This document shows positions 53,341 through 64,000 of a stretch of DNA of 64,000 nucleotides, piece after piece. The translations under genes were made by a program, and so were the position numbers. Source of the DNA: Octopus sinensis (taxonomy: Eukaryota); NCBI RefSeq assembly GCF_006345805.1, contig NC_042998.1:151404001-151468000 (forward strand). The letters are read 5' to 3'. Positions within the stretch are counted from its first letter, which is position 1. The number at the start of each line of letters is the position of its first letter. The notes beneath the pieces were generated by a model. That model saw nothing but the letters and a program-made list of their open reading frames with translations, was not told the DNA's origin and made no database searches.

Positions 53341-53706
53341 ATTGAGATGGCTATTATACTTTACGTTGTCGAGCGGTTACTGTTTACATCTCGTTCAGAG
53401 ATTTATTATTGCTTGCAGACAGTTTTTCGAAATCAGTGACGGAAGTTACTAGAAAAACACTTAAGTATTTGCAAACAGGTCTTCCTTTTCATCGTAAACC
53501 GGTGATTACCGTGCGTTGACAAGAGGCAAATACCTCGAAACTGCGGTCCGTGCGTATCACTTTAGGCTTACGAGAGAGGGATGACCTCCCTTTGCAAATA
53601 CCATAAGAGCACAGATAGTGTGCCTAAAGCCAGCTGGAGACGATGATCTCCTGGGGCTAAAAGCTACAGTGGTTAGCCATATTGAGATGGCTATTATACT
53701 TTACGT
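53341..53706 (+). mobile_element. Retrozyme-like insertion: 340-nt monomer plus 26-nt terminal redundancy, 10-bp TSD
   Basis: ATTGAGATGGCTATTATACTTTACGT at 53341-53366 and 53681-53706; TSD TGAATCTTTT at 53331-53340 and 53707-53716; HHR inside. Confidence 0.85.
53510..53554 (+). ncRNA. Type I hammerhead, U3-A8 covariant core
   Basis: CGTGCG-TTGACAA-GAGG caaata CCTC-GAA-ACTGCGGT-C-CGTGCG. Confidence 0.78.
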
Positions 53707-53860
53707 TGAATCTTTTAAATTTAACTAAATTCTATACTTTTATGCAGCTGAAGATTACTCTACATTTTAAAACTGATGTAATACTTGCATTTTCAATCAA
53801 ATGGAGTCGCATGAAAACGATCGCACTGCATTACCTCTGGATCCTTGTTGCTTATTTTTG

Positions 53861-53899
<39 letters not shown>

Positions 53900-53906
<7 letters not shown>

Positions 53907-54740
53907 TATATATATATATATGTATGTATGTGTATATAATATATATATTAATAAATGAAATAAAAACATATGCATATATATAAACATATATGTACGTACC
54001 TACCTCTACATGTACATATACACATATATATGAGTACAGGACACCAAAGGGACGTCGAACACAAAGAGAAACGAAAACATAGACACAAACCAACGGAACT
54101 GGACATTTTTTTTTAAAAACAACAAAAAAATGGAGTACAGGACAATTAACACAAAGAAAAAACCCCTTCTTCAGTCGCTATGGTTTCATCTACTCTACGT
54201 TTCGAAGGATAAAAGCGAGACGTATCTTCGACAAGAAACTTTCCTTCCTGCGAAAAGCAAATCAATTAAAATTCTCAGATATTTTCGCAGAGGGGTAAAA
54301 AATGGTAAAAAAATGATAAAAAAACAGGACAGTAACGACAGTACAAAAATATAAACAGTAAAAGACAGGACAGGGAAAAACAAGATAAGGGCTGTTGACG
54401 CCGAACGAAAAAAAAGTATTGCAAACGCAGAATTTTTTGTGAACGACAGGGGAGTAGGAAGAATGTCGTCCGTTACCTTGAAAGGCCAGGCCAGAAAGAC
54501 AGTCAGAGCGGAAGTATCGTCGCGGGTGAACGACGGGAAGGGGGGAGGAGGAGCAAGAGAAAGGGAGAGAAGAAGGGGAATGGCTGCGAGGAAACCATGA
54601 AGAATTGTGAGGGGGAGAGAGAGAGTGAAGAATGAGAGAGAGAGGAAGAGACAAGTTAAGTAGAGAAAAGGAAATCAAAGAATAGGGATGGGACAGAAAG
54701 GTGAAGAGTGCGCGTCAGAGTTAATATCAAGACCAAAACT
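53900..54740 (-). mobile_element. PLE 3' end / pseudo-LTR
   Basis: About 53945-54202 is the reverse complement of about 59239-59478; pyrimidine-rich UTR on the minus strand; ends in (TA)n. Confidence 0.75.
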
Positions 54741-54773
54741 TGATATACAGAACAATCTTACTTAAGGGGGTGC

Positions 54774-54839
<66 letters not shown>

Positions 54840-55308
54840 GCATATATATACATATATATGTATGTATATGTATGTATATATCAAATATATATAAATATAT
54901 ATACGTATATGCCGAGGCAAACACGTACATACAGTATGTCATTCAATGTAAATGCTTGTAAAGTGTGAGGACGCCGACTTGACAGAGAGATTTAAGAAAT
55001 TAACGTCGCAGTCATCATATCCTGGTTTCGATTTCACTGTTGGCTTTCTCAGGCTATTGTCTTCACTGTTGGCTTTCTCAGGCTATTGTCTTTCTACATA
55101 GCTTCGGACTGATCGAAGCATTCTACCAAAACTTTCCTAAATTTGTTTAGATAACAGCTCTTCATTTAAGAAGTGAACGATACTATTCATAAAAATTAAA
55201 TTCTTAATGGAACAAGACGAAACAGAAATGAGGGTGAGGTGCTACACCGGTCTTTTAGACTCAGCGTCAACTCTCATGTCGTTATTGAGAATGTTTATCA
55301 CTGGTCAA

Positions 55309-55360
<52 letters not shown>

Positions 55361-56390
55361 TGTGTGTGTGCGTGTGTGTGTAATCAACTGAGAACACAAA
55401 AGATTCAAATATTCGGAACCGTGAGATACCGATGGTGATGTGGATGATGATGATAGTGATGATGAGGAGGAGGAGGAGGAAGAGGATGACGATCTATTTC
55501 GCTATTATTGTCGTTTAGCCGACCACATGAATGTGTAACTGCAGCCCACAACTTTCAGTTAAACAAATTTTCATCTACGAACCATAAACGTAAATCAGTT
55601 CCAATATTTTGTATGCTTCAGTCATTGTCGAATTCTATTATAATACAAGATATAAAATTATTATTTCAAAGCCTTATTAACATATTGTATAACATATGAT
55701 AATATAAGAAGCAGTATATAATAGAATATCAGATAATATATAAATATAGTTTAGTTTCTTCTATTCCAATATGTGCTTCATTTCATTGCGCGTTTAAATT
55801 CATTTACCCATGTCGGAGTATTTTCATTCCAATACAGTAATTCTTGTCACCGGAGTTTTAAACAAAAATAACGCTAAGTAAAGACTTTGTTCATTTCATT
55901 GAAATATATTTAAATAAATATTTCAATTCCGGTGGCAAATATTTCAATTAATTACAATTTTAATCACTCTGTAAAAAGTATTATATCATTATTCATATAT
56001 TCTATTCAACTCGCTGTCAACGTCCATTGATCGTTTAAATATAGGTTTCAAATAATTTTCTGGCACAGGAAATATTATAAAGAAAAAAGAACTTGTCATT
56101 TCTTTCAGTTTGTTGTATGCTTTAAGAATTCATTCATTTTTAAAATTCATTTTTCAGTTAATTGCTAAGGTAATGTTTTCATCGCCATTCTTCAATCAGG
56201 TGCAATCTTAATTTCTTACAAACTCAAATTTCTTCATTAGCCAAAATTTTCATACATTGTTCATTAAAATTTCATGACTCCAGTATTTTCTTCTTCCGTC
56301 TCTTCAATACAGTAGATATGTCATCCGTTCGGCATAGAATTTTTAGTACTCGAAACTTAGCATTAAATGTTATGCATTCATTTTATTTAC

Positions 56391-56419
<29 letters not shown>

Positions 56420-56426
<7 letters not shown>

Positions 56427-57157
56427 AATAAGCAACAAGGATATCTAAGGTAGTGTAGTACAATCGTTTCATGCTACTTCATTTTATTAAACAATGCACG
56501 CATTACATCAGTTTTAAAATGTAGAGCAATCTTCAGCCACATATAGAATTTTTTAATTAAGTAGACAATGTACATTTTTATACTTATTCCATTTGCCAAC
56601 ATTACAAAGAGGGTAGATATATAGACAGAGAGGTTAATTTCATCATTAAGAACATGGTAGTAGAAGGTCCTTCCCTATAGGCAGATATTTTGTCACTGAG
56701 TTCATTTTGTTATTTAGATTTATCAATGGGGAGGGGGTTTCTTATTTGGTTCAATGGAGACAAATGAGAATTTTTTTCTATTTATACATAGAGGAAGGGG
56801 TAGTATAAATGTCAAAGCCATAAATCCAACCCCATTATGAGGAATTTAACTTTGGCATATTTGAATGTATTTTAGCTAAAGTTAGCAGGCTGAAGCTATT
56901 GGGGTAGGGAGAATAGAGACTACTAATGCTCTCGAGATTACAAATGTTCTTAACCATTTAACAGCCATATCCTGCTTGTGATTTTAAATAAATATCCTTT
57001 AGATAGTTTTTTTCCAAAGGATTCCAATAAATTTTAGTATCTTATATAGGGATGGAGGATATTGAAATCATTTCATATTTATCTAAATATATATATATCA
57101 ATTTTTATTAATATAGATTTATAGTTAGTTAGTAAATAGCGATTTATTTTTATAAGA

Positions 57158-57160
<3 letters not shown>
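56420..57160 (-). mobile_element. AT-rich HHR repeat, same family as 52295-53870
   Basis: Collinear with about 52397-53130; HHR 56454-56541(-): TGTGG-CTGAAGA...GAA-ACGATTGT-A-CTACA. Confidence 0.85.
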
Positions 57161-57194
<34 letters not shown>

Positions 57195-57202
57195 ATATAT
57201 AG

Positions 57203-57235
<33 letters not shown>

Positions 57236-57258
57236 TATATATATATATATATATATAT

Positions 57259-59471
57259 CGGTCGTTACATTGACGACATTATCGGTGCCACCTCACTCTC
57301 CCGTGAACATCTAGACTCCTCCTCCTCTTTTATTCAATCCTTCCATCCTGCCCTCCGCTTCACCTGCACTATCTCCAACACCTCTGTCTCCTTCCTCGAC
57401 ATTTCGGTCAGCATTCATCACTCCACTCTTGCCGCCTCCATCCACTACAAACACAGACTCACATTCATAATCAACTTCTCTTCCTCCCACCCCAAACACA
57501 TCAAGCTTTCCATCCCCTATTCCCAATTCCTCCGTCTACATAGGCTCTGTAGTGACGACCATGACTTTGAGACTCAGTCTCAACTCATGGCTCGCTACTT
57601 CATCCTACGTGGATACCCCTCACCACTATCCACACCGCCCTTGCCAGAGCACGTTCCGTAGACCGTGCATCTGCTCTCTCCCCCCGAACCCGCCCTGCAG
57701 TCTCCCGCCTCCCTTTTCCCCCTCACTTACCACCCCCACGACCCTACCTCTCCAACGCATCATTCTTCGAGCTTTCCGGCATCTCCAGTCCAACTCGTCC
57801 ACTTCACACCTCTTCCCTAACCGACCCCTCCCCTCCTTCAAACGAGCCCATAACCTACGAGACCTCTTGGTCCACAGCTTCTTCCCTGACCCTACCTCCC
57901 AACCTGACTCGTTCCCCTGCTCCCGCCCACGTTACCGCACTTGCCCTTACCTCTCTAACACCACCCTCCTCACCGGCACCCATCGCATCATCGACTCCTT
58001 CACCTGCACCTCCAGCAATATCATCTATTGCATCTCCTGCTCTCTCTGCCATTCCCTGTACATCGGACAAACGGGACGCCACTTGGCTGACCGGTTCGCG
58101 GAACACCTCCGAGACATCCGCCTCGCCAATGACACACCAGTCTCACGCCATTTCCGCTCCACCGGTCACTCCTTGCAACACCTGTCTGTGTTCGGATTGT
58201 CCTTGCAGAGGCCATCCGGATTCCCGCTTGCGCCGTGAAGAAGGATTAATCTTCTCTCTTCGCTCTTTTGCGCCATTTGGGCTCAACTCTCCCCCTTTTC
58301 ATCTAACCTCCCCCCGACTCCTACTTCTCTTCAGTTCTTCATCTTTTCACCCCTACTCTCTTTCCCTCCTCTTCCCTTCTTTCCCTTCTTCCCCCTTCTT
58401 CCCTCTTCTTCTTTCTTCTTTCCTCTTCCCCTTCTCTCTTTCTCTCTGCTCCCTCACTCCCCTTCTCTCCCCTCCCCTCCCCCTCCTCTCTCCCCTCCCC
58501 TCCCCCTCCTCTCTCCCCCTCAACCCCCTCTCTCCTTTTCTCCTTCTCCTCCTCTCCCTCCTTCTCTCTCCCACCTCCTCCTCTCCCCTCCTCTCTCTTC
58601 TCTCCCCACAACACCACCCCAATCCCCAGCCGAACCCACACCCCACATGGGCTTTCACCACTCTCACCCCCACCTCCCCACAACATCACACCACACTACA
58701 CTACACCATACGACATTACACATCACATCATAACACACCACCCACAGCACACTGCCCACACACCCATCCCCACATCTTTACACCTATACATCACAACACA
58801 CCACCCACACACCCATCCCCATATCTCCACACCCACACATACATACATACACACGTCCAGACCACCAGCCCTCTTTCACACTCACATACATACTCTCTTA
58901 TACACACACGCACCTTCGTGTTGGGGGCCACCTTCGTTTTGGAAGTCACTTGACCCTGTTATCTCCCCTACTATCCCTCTAGCGTCTAACGTCTGACCTC
59001 TGACCTCTGACTTCTGCCTGAAGTCAGAACGCCATGATAGACCGTTAGCTCCTACACGCATTTTTTTTCTCTCCTTGTTTTTTTTCTGTGTATCTTTCTG
59101 TCGAATAACGTAGGCTCGTAACGTAAAAGACTTGTTCTATTTCTATTCCGGAGTGCCATACTAATACATTTGTTTGTTTGTACTCCACCTGTCTTCGTCT
59201 TTTGTTTATTTTCGTAAACCTTCCCGTTATATATATATAAACGTAGAGTAGATGAAACCATAGCGACTGAAGAAGGGGTTTTTTCTTTGTACTCCATTTT
59301 TTGTTGTTTTTAAAAAAATGTCCAGTTCCTTTGGTTTGTGTCTATGTTTTCGTTTCTCCTTGTGTTCGACGTCCCTTTGGTGTCCTGTACTCATATATGC
59401 GTGTATATGTACATGTAGAGGTAGGTACGTACATATATGTTTATATATATGCATATGTTTTATTTCATTTA

Positions 59472-59480
<9 letters not shown>
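57259..59480 (+). mobile_element. 5'-truncated Neptune-type PLE
   Basis: Starts at RYIDD (57264); FLDISV, SIPYSQFLRL; CSRPRYRTC..FTCTSSNIIYCISC..YIGQTGR.LADRFAEH; ends GLNS; CT-rich UTR; (TA)n on both sides. Confidence 0.92.
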
Positions 59481-59552
<72 letters not shown>

Positions 59553-59607
59553 GAATGTATGTAAGTAGTATGTATGTATGTATGTATGTATGTATGTATG
59601 TATAAAG

Positions 59608-59912
59608 CTATAGCGATCACCACGCAATGGACTAAAGAAATAGTCTAATAATGGGGCATATAAGCCCTCGACAGATAAAAGTAGGTTTTCCCGTACGCGT
59701 GTGACTCGAACCCACATCTCGTGTGCTACCGAATACGTCAGCGAACTTACCTGGTAGATTAGCTGGTGTAATCGGTAGCACACTTTGTCGTGTAAATGAA
59801 AAAGTGTGGGCTCGAGTCCCACGCGTACGGGAAAACCTACTTTTTTCTGTCGAGGGCTTATACGTCCCATTATTAAACTATTTCTTTAGTCATTTCGCGG
59901 TGATCGCTATAG
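59608..59912. mobile_element. Palindromic head-to-head dimer of a tRNA-derived element
   Basis: Arms of about 135-155 bp in inverted orientation; each begins at the centre with TAGCTGGTGTAATCGGTAGC..GTGGG(T/C)TCGAGTC (A/B-box-like). Confidence 0.8.
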
Positions 59913-59935
59913 GATTTAAGCTTATAAAATAACAC

Positions 59936-59987
<52 letters not shown>

Positions 59988-60953
59988 ACATATAGTTCCA
60001 TATTTCTTTCAACTCTCGATTTCCTAGTTACCTCTATAACTATAATTCTAATTTCTTATTAGCATATATTCATTGATTAAATATGTATTTCATAGATCGT
60101 TCACCTGGGTTTTATTACAGCAATGTTTAACCATTCCGTTTCTTCAATGTAAAATCTATACTTTACTTTAAAGTTCATTGAGTGACTACACAAATCAGAC
60201 CTACATCTCATCATCCAGGTGTATCAAACCACGAGCACCATTCAATGGTCTGTGTCCGAGAAAAGATCTGTTCTCTACGTCCCATCACTGGAGGTGGTGA
60301 TGTGCAGAATATAACATCTACATACCTACCACTACGCGTACCTTACACCTACCAACTGAACAAAATGAAAGCAATGTCTCCAACATTTAAAAACTGGAAA
60401 AGCATTCACCAAAGTCACTGTTAAATGCCCTACTTTTAAGATAGCATGTTTGCACATCCATCCATCAATCTATCTATCTATCTATCTATCTAAATATATA
60501 TATGCATATATAAAACAGAACAAATAGTGATTATCAATCGTGGCAAAACACTTCATACCCTCTCTGTTAGCACACCAGACTAACAATATTACTTAGATTA
60601 GTGAAGAACTCCAAATAATCTTTTGGTAGGGTCCCAAGTTATGGTTCATCACAATTCTATATTATAAATCCGTGGACGGGCTCCAGATAAACTAGTTTTT
60701 ACACAGAACGATCTATAAGAAACAAGTTAAAAATAATGGTCATTTGAGCAAATTTGGCTTACAAACCTATCAGTAACGTACCTATAATGACTACTGGAAA
60801 CAGCTGTAAGCCAAATTTGCTCTAATAAAAGAATCATCCTGTTTCTTATGTATATATATATATATTGATAGAAATGGTAAGACAACAAAAGAATAAAAAA
60901 GACCTCGATATTATGTAAATAGAGGAATTTATCTGTAAATATAATATATGACA

Positions 60954-61246
60954 ATTAGTCGGTACCCATGATAAAACTCCGAGTTTCGGATGTCGGGGCG
61001 GAAACCCACGCCGCCATCTCTTCAGTTATCCGGTCATCGAAAAAATGCTATAAAAATGACCGCTAAACAAAGGGAAATTACTGCGTTATTTGCCGTTATT
61101 AAAACAAAAGAGCTATTAGAATGACTGCTAACTGACTGGTCATTTTCGTAGCATTTTTTTCGGTGGCTGGATAACTGTAGAGATGGAGGTGTGGCTTTTC
61201 ACCCTGACATCCGAAACTTGGAGTTTTATCATGGCTACCGAATAAT
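60954..61246. mobile_element. 293-bp MITE-like fold-back whose about 108-bp arms are HHR units
   Basis: Arms 60954-61061 and 61138-61246; HHR 60970-61030(-) intact, 61170-61230(+) with core CTGTAGA. Confidence 0.88.
60970..61030 (-). ncRNA. Type I hammerhead ribozyme, intact
   Basis: GATAA-CTGAAGA-GATG GCGG..CCGC..CATC-C-GAA-ACTCGGAGT-T-TTATC. Confidence 0.82.
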
Positions 61247-62074
61247 GGTCCCATACTATATTTACAGATATATATATATATATATGTGTGTGTTTGTGTG
61301 TGTGTGTGGGGGGTATGTATATGCATGTGTGGTTTTATGTATGTATGTAGGTATGTATACACATGTGTACATGTGCGTGGCTGTGTGTAAATACTATAGT
61401 TTGTGTGTTTACACAAAAATAAAGACACACCAGAATATGTGTATGTGTGTGTGTGTGCGCGCGTGTGTACGTATGCGTGCGTGTCTACCTGTGTAGGCAG
61501 GAGTGTTACGTACGCATATATTTTTGTGAAAAAGTATGTTTAAAACAACAGTAAACAACGGCTACATATTTCTATTTCTATGAATATATACATATACGCA
61601 CTTAAAATGTAATTGTGTATATGCATATATATATGTGTGTGTGTGTGTGTGTGTACCTACGTACGCACACACACAGCTACTCACACACACACACAAGTAG
61701 TCAGTAATGTTTACTGGTGTGCTTAAAGATAGTGTATCACAATATGAAAATGAAATGCCATGGGAATCTACTCCGAACACAGTTATTTGATCTGTTTACA
61801 GGAAAAACTTTACATCTCAACTTGTGTTTCTATTAGTTTTCTAATTCACCCTCTCCCTTTCTCTCTTATTCACACTCTCTGCCCCTTCTCGTATCTTCTT
61901 AATCTCTCTCTCTCTCTCTTTCTTTCTCTCGTTTACACTGCTACTCTCTATTATTCATATCCTCTCTCATTGTTCCATCTACTCACACTGTCAGCTCTTT
62001 ACTGTATTCTTTATTTGGTCGCTCACTCACAGACAGACAGACAGCTAATAATAATAATAATGATGATGATGATG

Positions 62075-62123
<49 letters not shown>

Positions 62124-62137
62124 TAATAATAATAATA

Positions 62138-62349
62138 ATAATGATGATTTCAGATTTTGGCACCAGGTCAGCAATTTCGATGAAAATTGTAAGTCGATTG
62201 GATCAACCCCAGTGGTCAAATAGTTCATATTTTATCGACCCCGACGGAGGAAAGGCAAAGTCGACATCGGCGGCATTTCAACTCAGAACGTAAAAACGGA
62301 CGAAATGAATTTTGCCTGGCGTGCTAACGATTCTGCCAGTTCGCCGCCC
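62138..62349 (-). mobile_element. SINE family B with (AAT)n tail
   Basis: Aligns by eye with 21325-21541. Confidence 0.85.
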
Positions 62350-62552
62350 TTTCTTTTGAATTGCGATTCTTTTCCATATCTCAACTAGATCGCATAATGC
62401 AGGAAAACAGTTGCATAATCAAGTACCTGCCCACCAGGAGAACTACGTTGCGTGGAAACAATTGTAATGATTAAAGAATAAATTTCCAACAGCACCCCTT
62501 CTTCTTGACTCCAATTTTTGCAATTATATATTTTTTCAAAAATATATATATG

Positions 62553-62584
<32 letters not shown>

Positions 62585-62606
62585 GAGAGAGAGAGAGAGA
62601 GAGAGA

Positions 62607-62671
<65 letters not shown>

Positions 62672-62852
62672 ATTAGGGCTTAGTAAAATAAATTACTTTG
62701 CCACATACTGAACTTAGTAGAAATAGCAGCCAAAAAAAATTTTTTTAGCCATTTCTACTACTTAAAGAAAATTTCTCTCAGATAATGTTTACTCCAGACA
62801 GCTCACGAATGTTTGGAGGTAATACAGAAAAATATCACAAGTACATAGATCG

Positions 62853-62913
62853 TTGAGTACGTCAACGTTTCAAGATTAGCCAAATAAAATCAGCATTTCT
62901 TTCGTCAGCTCAA
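62853..62913 (-). ncRNA. Type I hammerhead ribozyme, intact, in a repeat abutting (TA)n at about 62670
   Basis: TTGAG-CTGACGA-AAGA...TCTT-GAA-ACGT TG ACGT-A-CTCAA. Confidence 0.85.
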
Positions 62914-63348
62914 AATTTCTTAATTTGGATTTGGAAACACTAAAAAGAAGGAACTTTACCTATCAGCGAACTTGTCGCTTCAGATGAACCACTCCAACTA
63001 ACAGTGTCAACAAATTCAAAATGCGCAGGCGTAAATTTCTGCACTCCCTTTCCACCCACGTGGTCTATCTAGCAAACATTACTGATATTATAATTCATTT
63101 CTCTCGGTCATACTGCCTCGGTTCTCGCGGTTAAAATATAATATTTATGGGACCAATTGTCTTCGAAGACTCATACTGTCGTTCAATGCTTGAAATGAGG
63201 AGTAGATAGACAGCCGACAACTGATTGAAGGGTCGTTCTTTGTGATACTTATCCTGTTTTCCATTTTTTCTCTCGTTGTTTGCGTATTTAACTCATTTAT
63301 TTTCGTATTTCATGTTGTTTGCTGTTGGTGACGTCCTGTACCCATATA

Positions 63349-63400
<52 letters not shown>

Positions 63401-63457
63401 TGTGTGTTTGTGTGTGTGTGTGTGTCTGTGTGTGTGAGTGTGTGTGCGCTCGCGTGT

Positions 63458-63645
63458 GTGCATTTGTCTTCTCACCTGACAACCGGAGTTGGTTTGTTTA
63501 CGTCTCCGTAACTTAACAGTTCGGCATAAGCTTCCGATAGAACAAGTACCAGGCTTAAAAAATAAGTACTAAGGTATTTGTTCGACTAAGCATTCCAAGG
63601 CGGTGCCCCAGTATGGCTGCAGTCCAATGACTGAGATAAGAATAA
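63458..63645 (+). mobile_element. SINE family A, 3' half
   Basis: GACAACCG..GTTTACGTC.CCGTAACTTA..GTTCGGCA..GATAGAA..GGCGGTGCCCCAGTATGGCTGCAGTC. Confidence 0.8.
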
Positions 63646-64000
63646 AATTAAAAAATGACACAAGCTTTCTTTTACAAAATGTTTTTCCGGCATTAAAAAT
63701 ATAAAAAAATGACAGTTTCTAAAAGGCAAAATATATATAATGAACGTGAAGAATAATTTCACAAAGCGAAACCATTCTACGAAATATTAGTGCTAGGTGC
63801 GAATGAGGCAGCTGATGACGACATTAGATTGTTTCAGGTGAATATGAGTGGGAGATGGTGTGTAAGACTTTTCTCTAAAGTGTGTAGAGTCACTGTCTGA
63901 GGGAGAGTCATATACACCAACACAAGTAACATTCTGGCTTATCTGTACATCTAACATCTGAGTACACAGACATTTACTCCCATTTACTCCTTTTTAGTAG

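Larger units (their letters stand above)
52295..53870. mobile_element. AT-rich HHR-bearing repeat in fold-back arrangement
   Basis: About 52400-52690 is the reverse complement of 53200-53340 plus 53707-53860; HHRs at 52429-52519(-) and 53742-53831(+); third copy at 56420-57160. Confidence 0.85.

Noticed and set aside
55033-55090. Exact 29-bp tandem duplication
   Set aside because: Local slippage in a decayed SINE-like fragment; two units with no spacer, so not CRISPR.
59830-59880. CTGTCGA-GGG..CCC in the palindromic tRNA-element arms, resembling an HHR
   Set aside because: Both arms have CATT where GAAA is required, and no stem I forms.
60182-60424. 80-aa ORF in a small unique island
   Set aside because: No homology recognised; stops in other frames and no consistent splice sites.

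Overview
Repeat-dominated, AT-rich eukaryotic DNA, probably an intron or intergenic region. The SINE families look like those I associate with octopus, so a cephalopod origin is inferred. Nearly all ORF-track entries are translations of microsatellites; I found no intact protein-coding gene. Recognisable decayed elements: three Penelope-like element (PLE) bodies, an R4/Dong-like RLE retrotransposon in (AAT)n, CR1- and RTE-type LINE fragments, a rosa-like Tc1/mariner, a FLYWCH-MULE remnant, hAT, MULE and Helentron-type MITEs, and two tRNA-derived SINE families. The main hidden signal is RNA: about 20 type-I hammerhead ribozyme (HHR) motifs from at least 7 unrelated short repeat families, about 10 with near-intact cores and stems. 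Most sit in fold-backs with 3' ends pointing outward into simple repeats, usually (TA)n. One is a 340-nt monomer with 26-nt terminal redundancy, a 10-bp TSD and a U3-A8 covariant HHR, as expected for a retrocopied circular RNA. Another is a tRNA-headed SINE with an HHR tail. All alignments and folds were done by eye.
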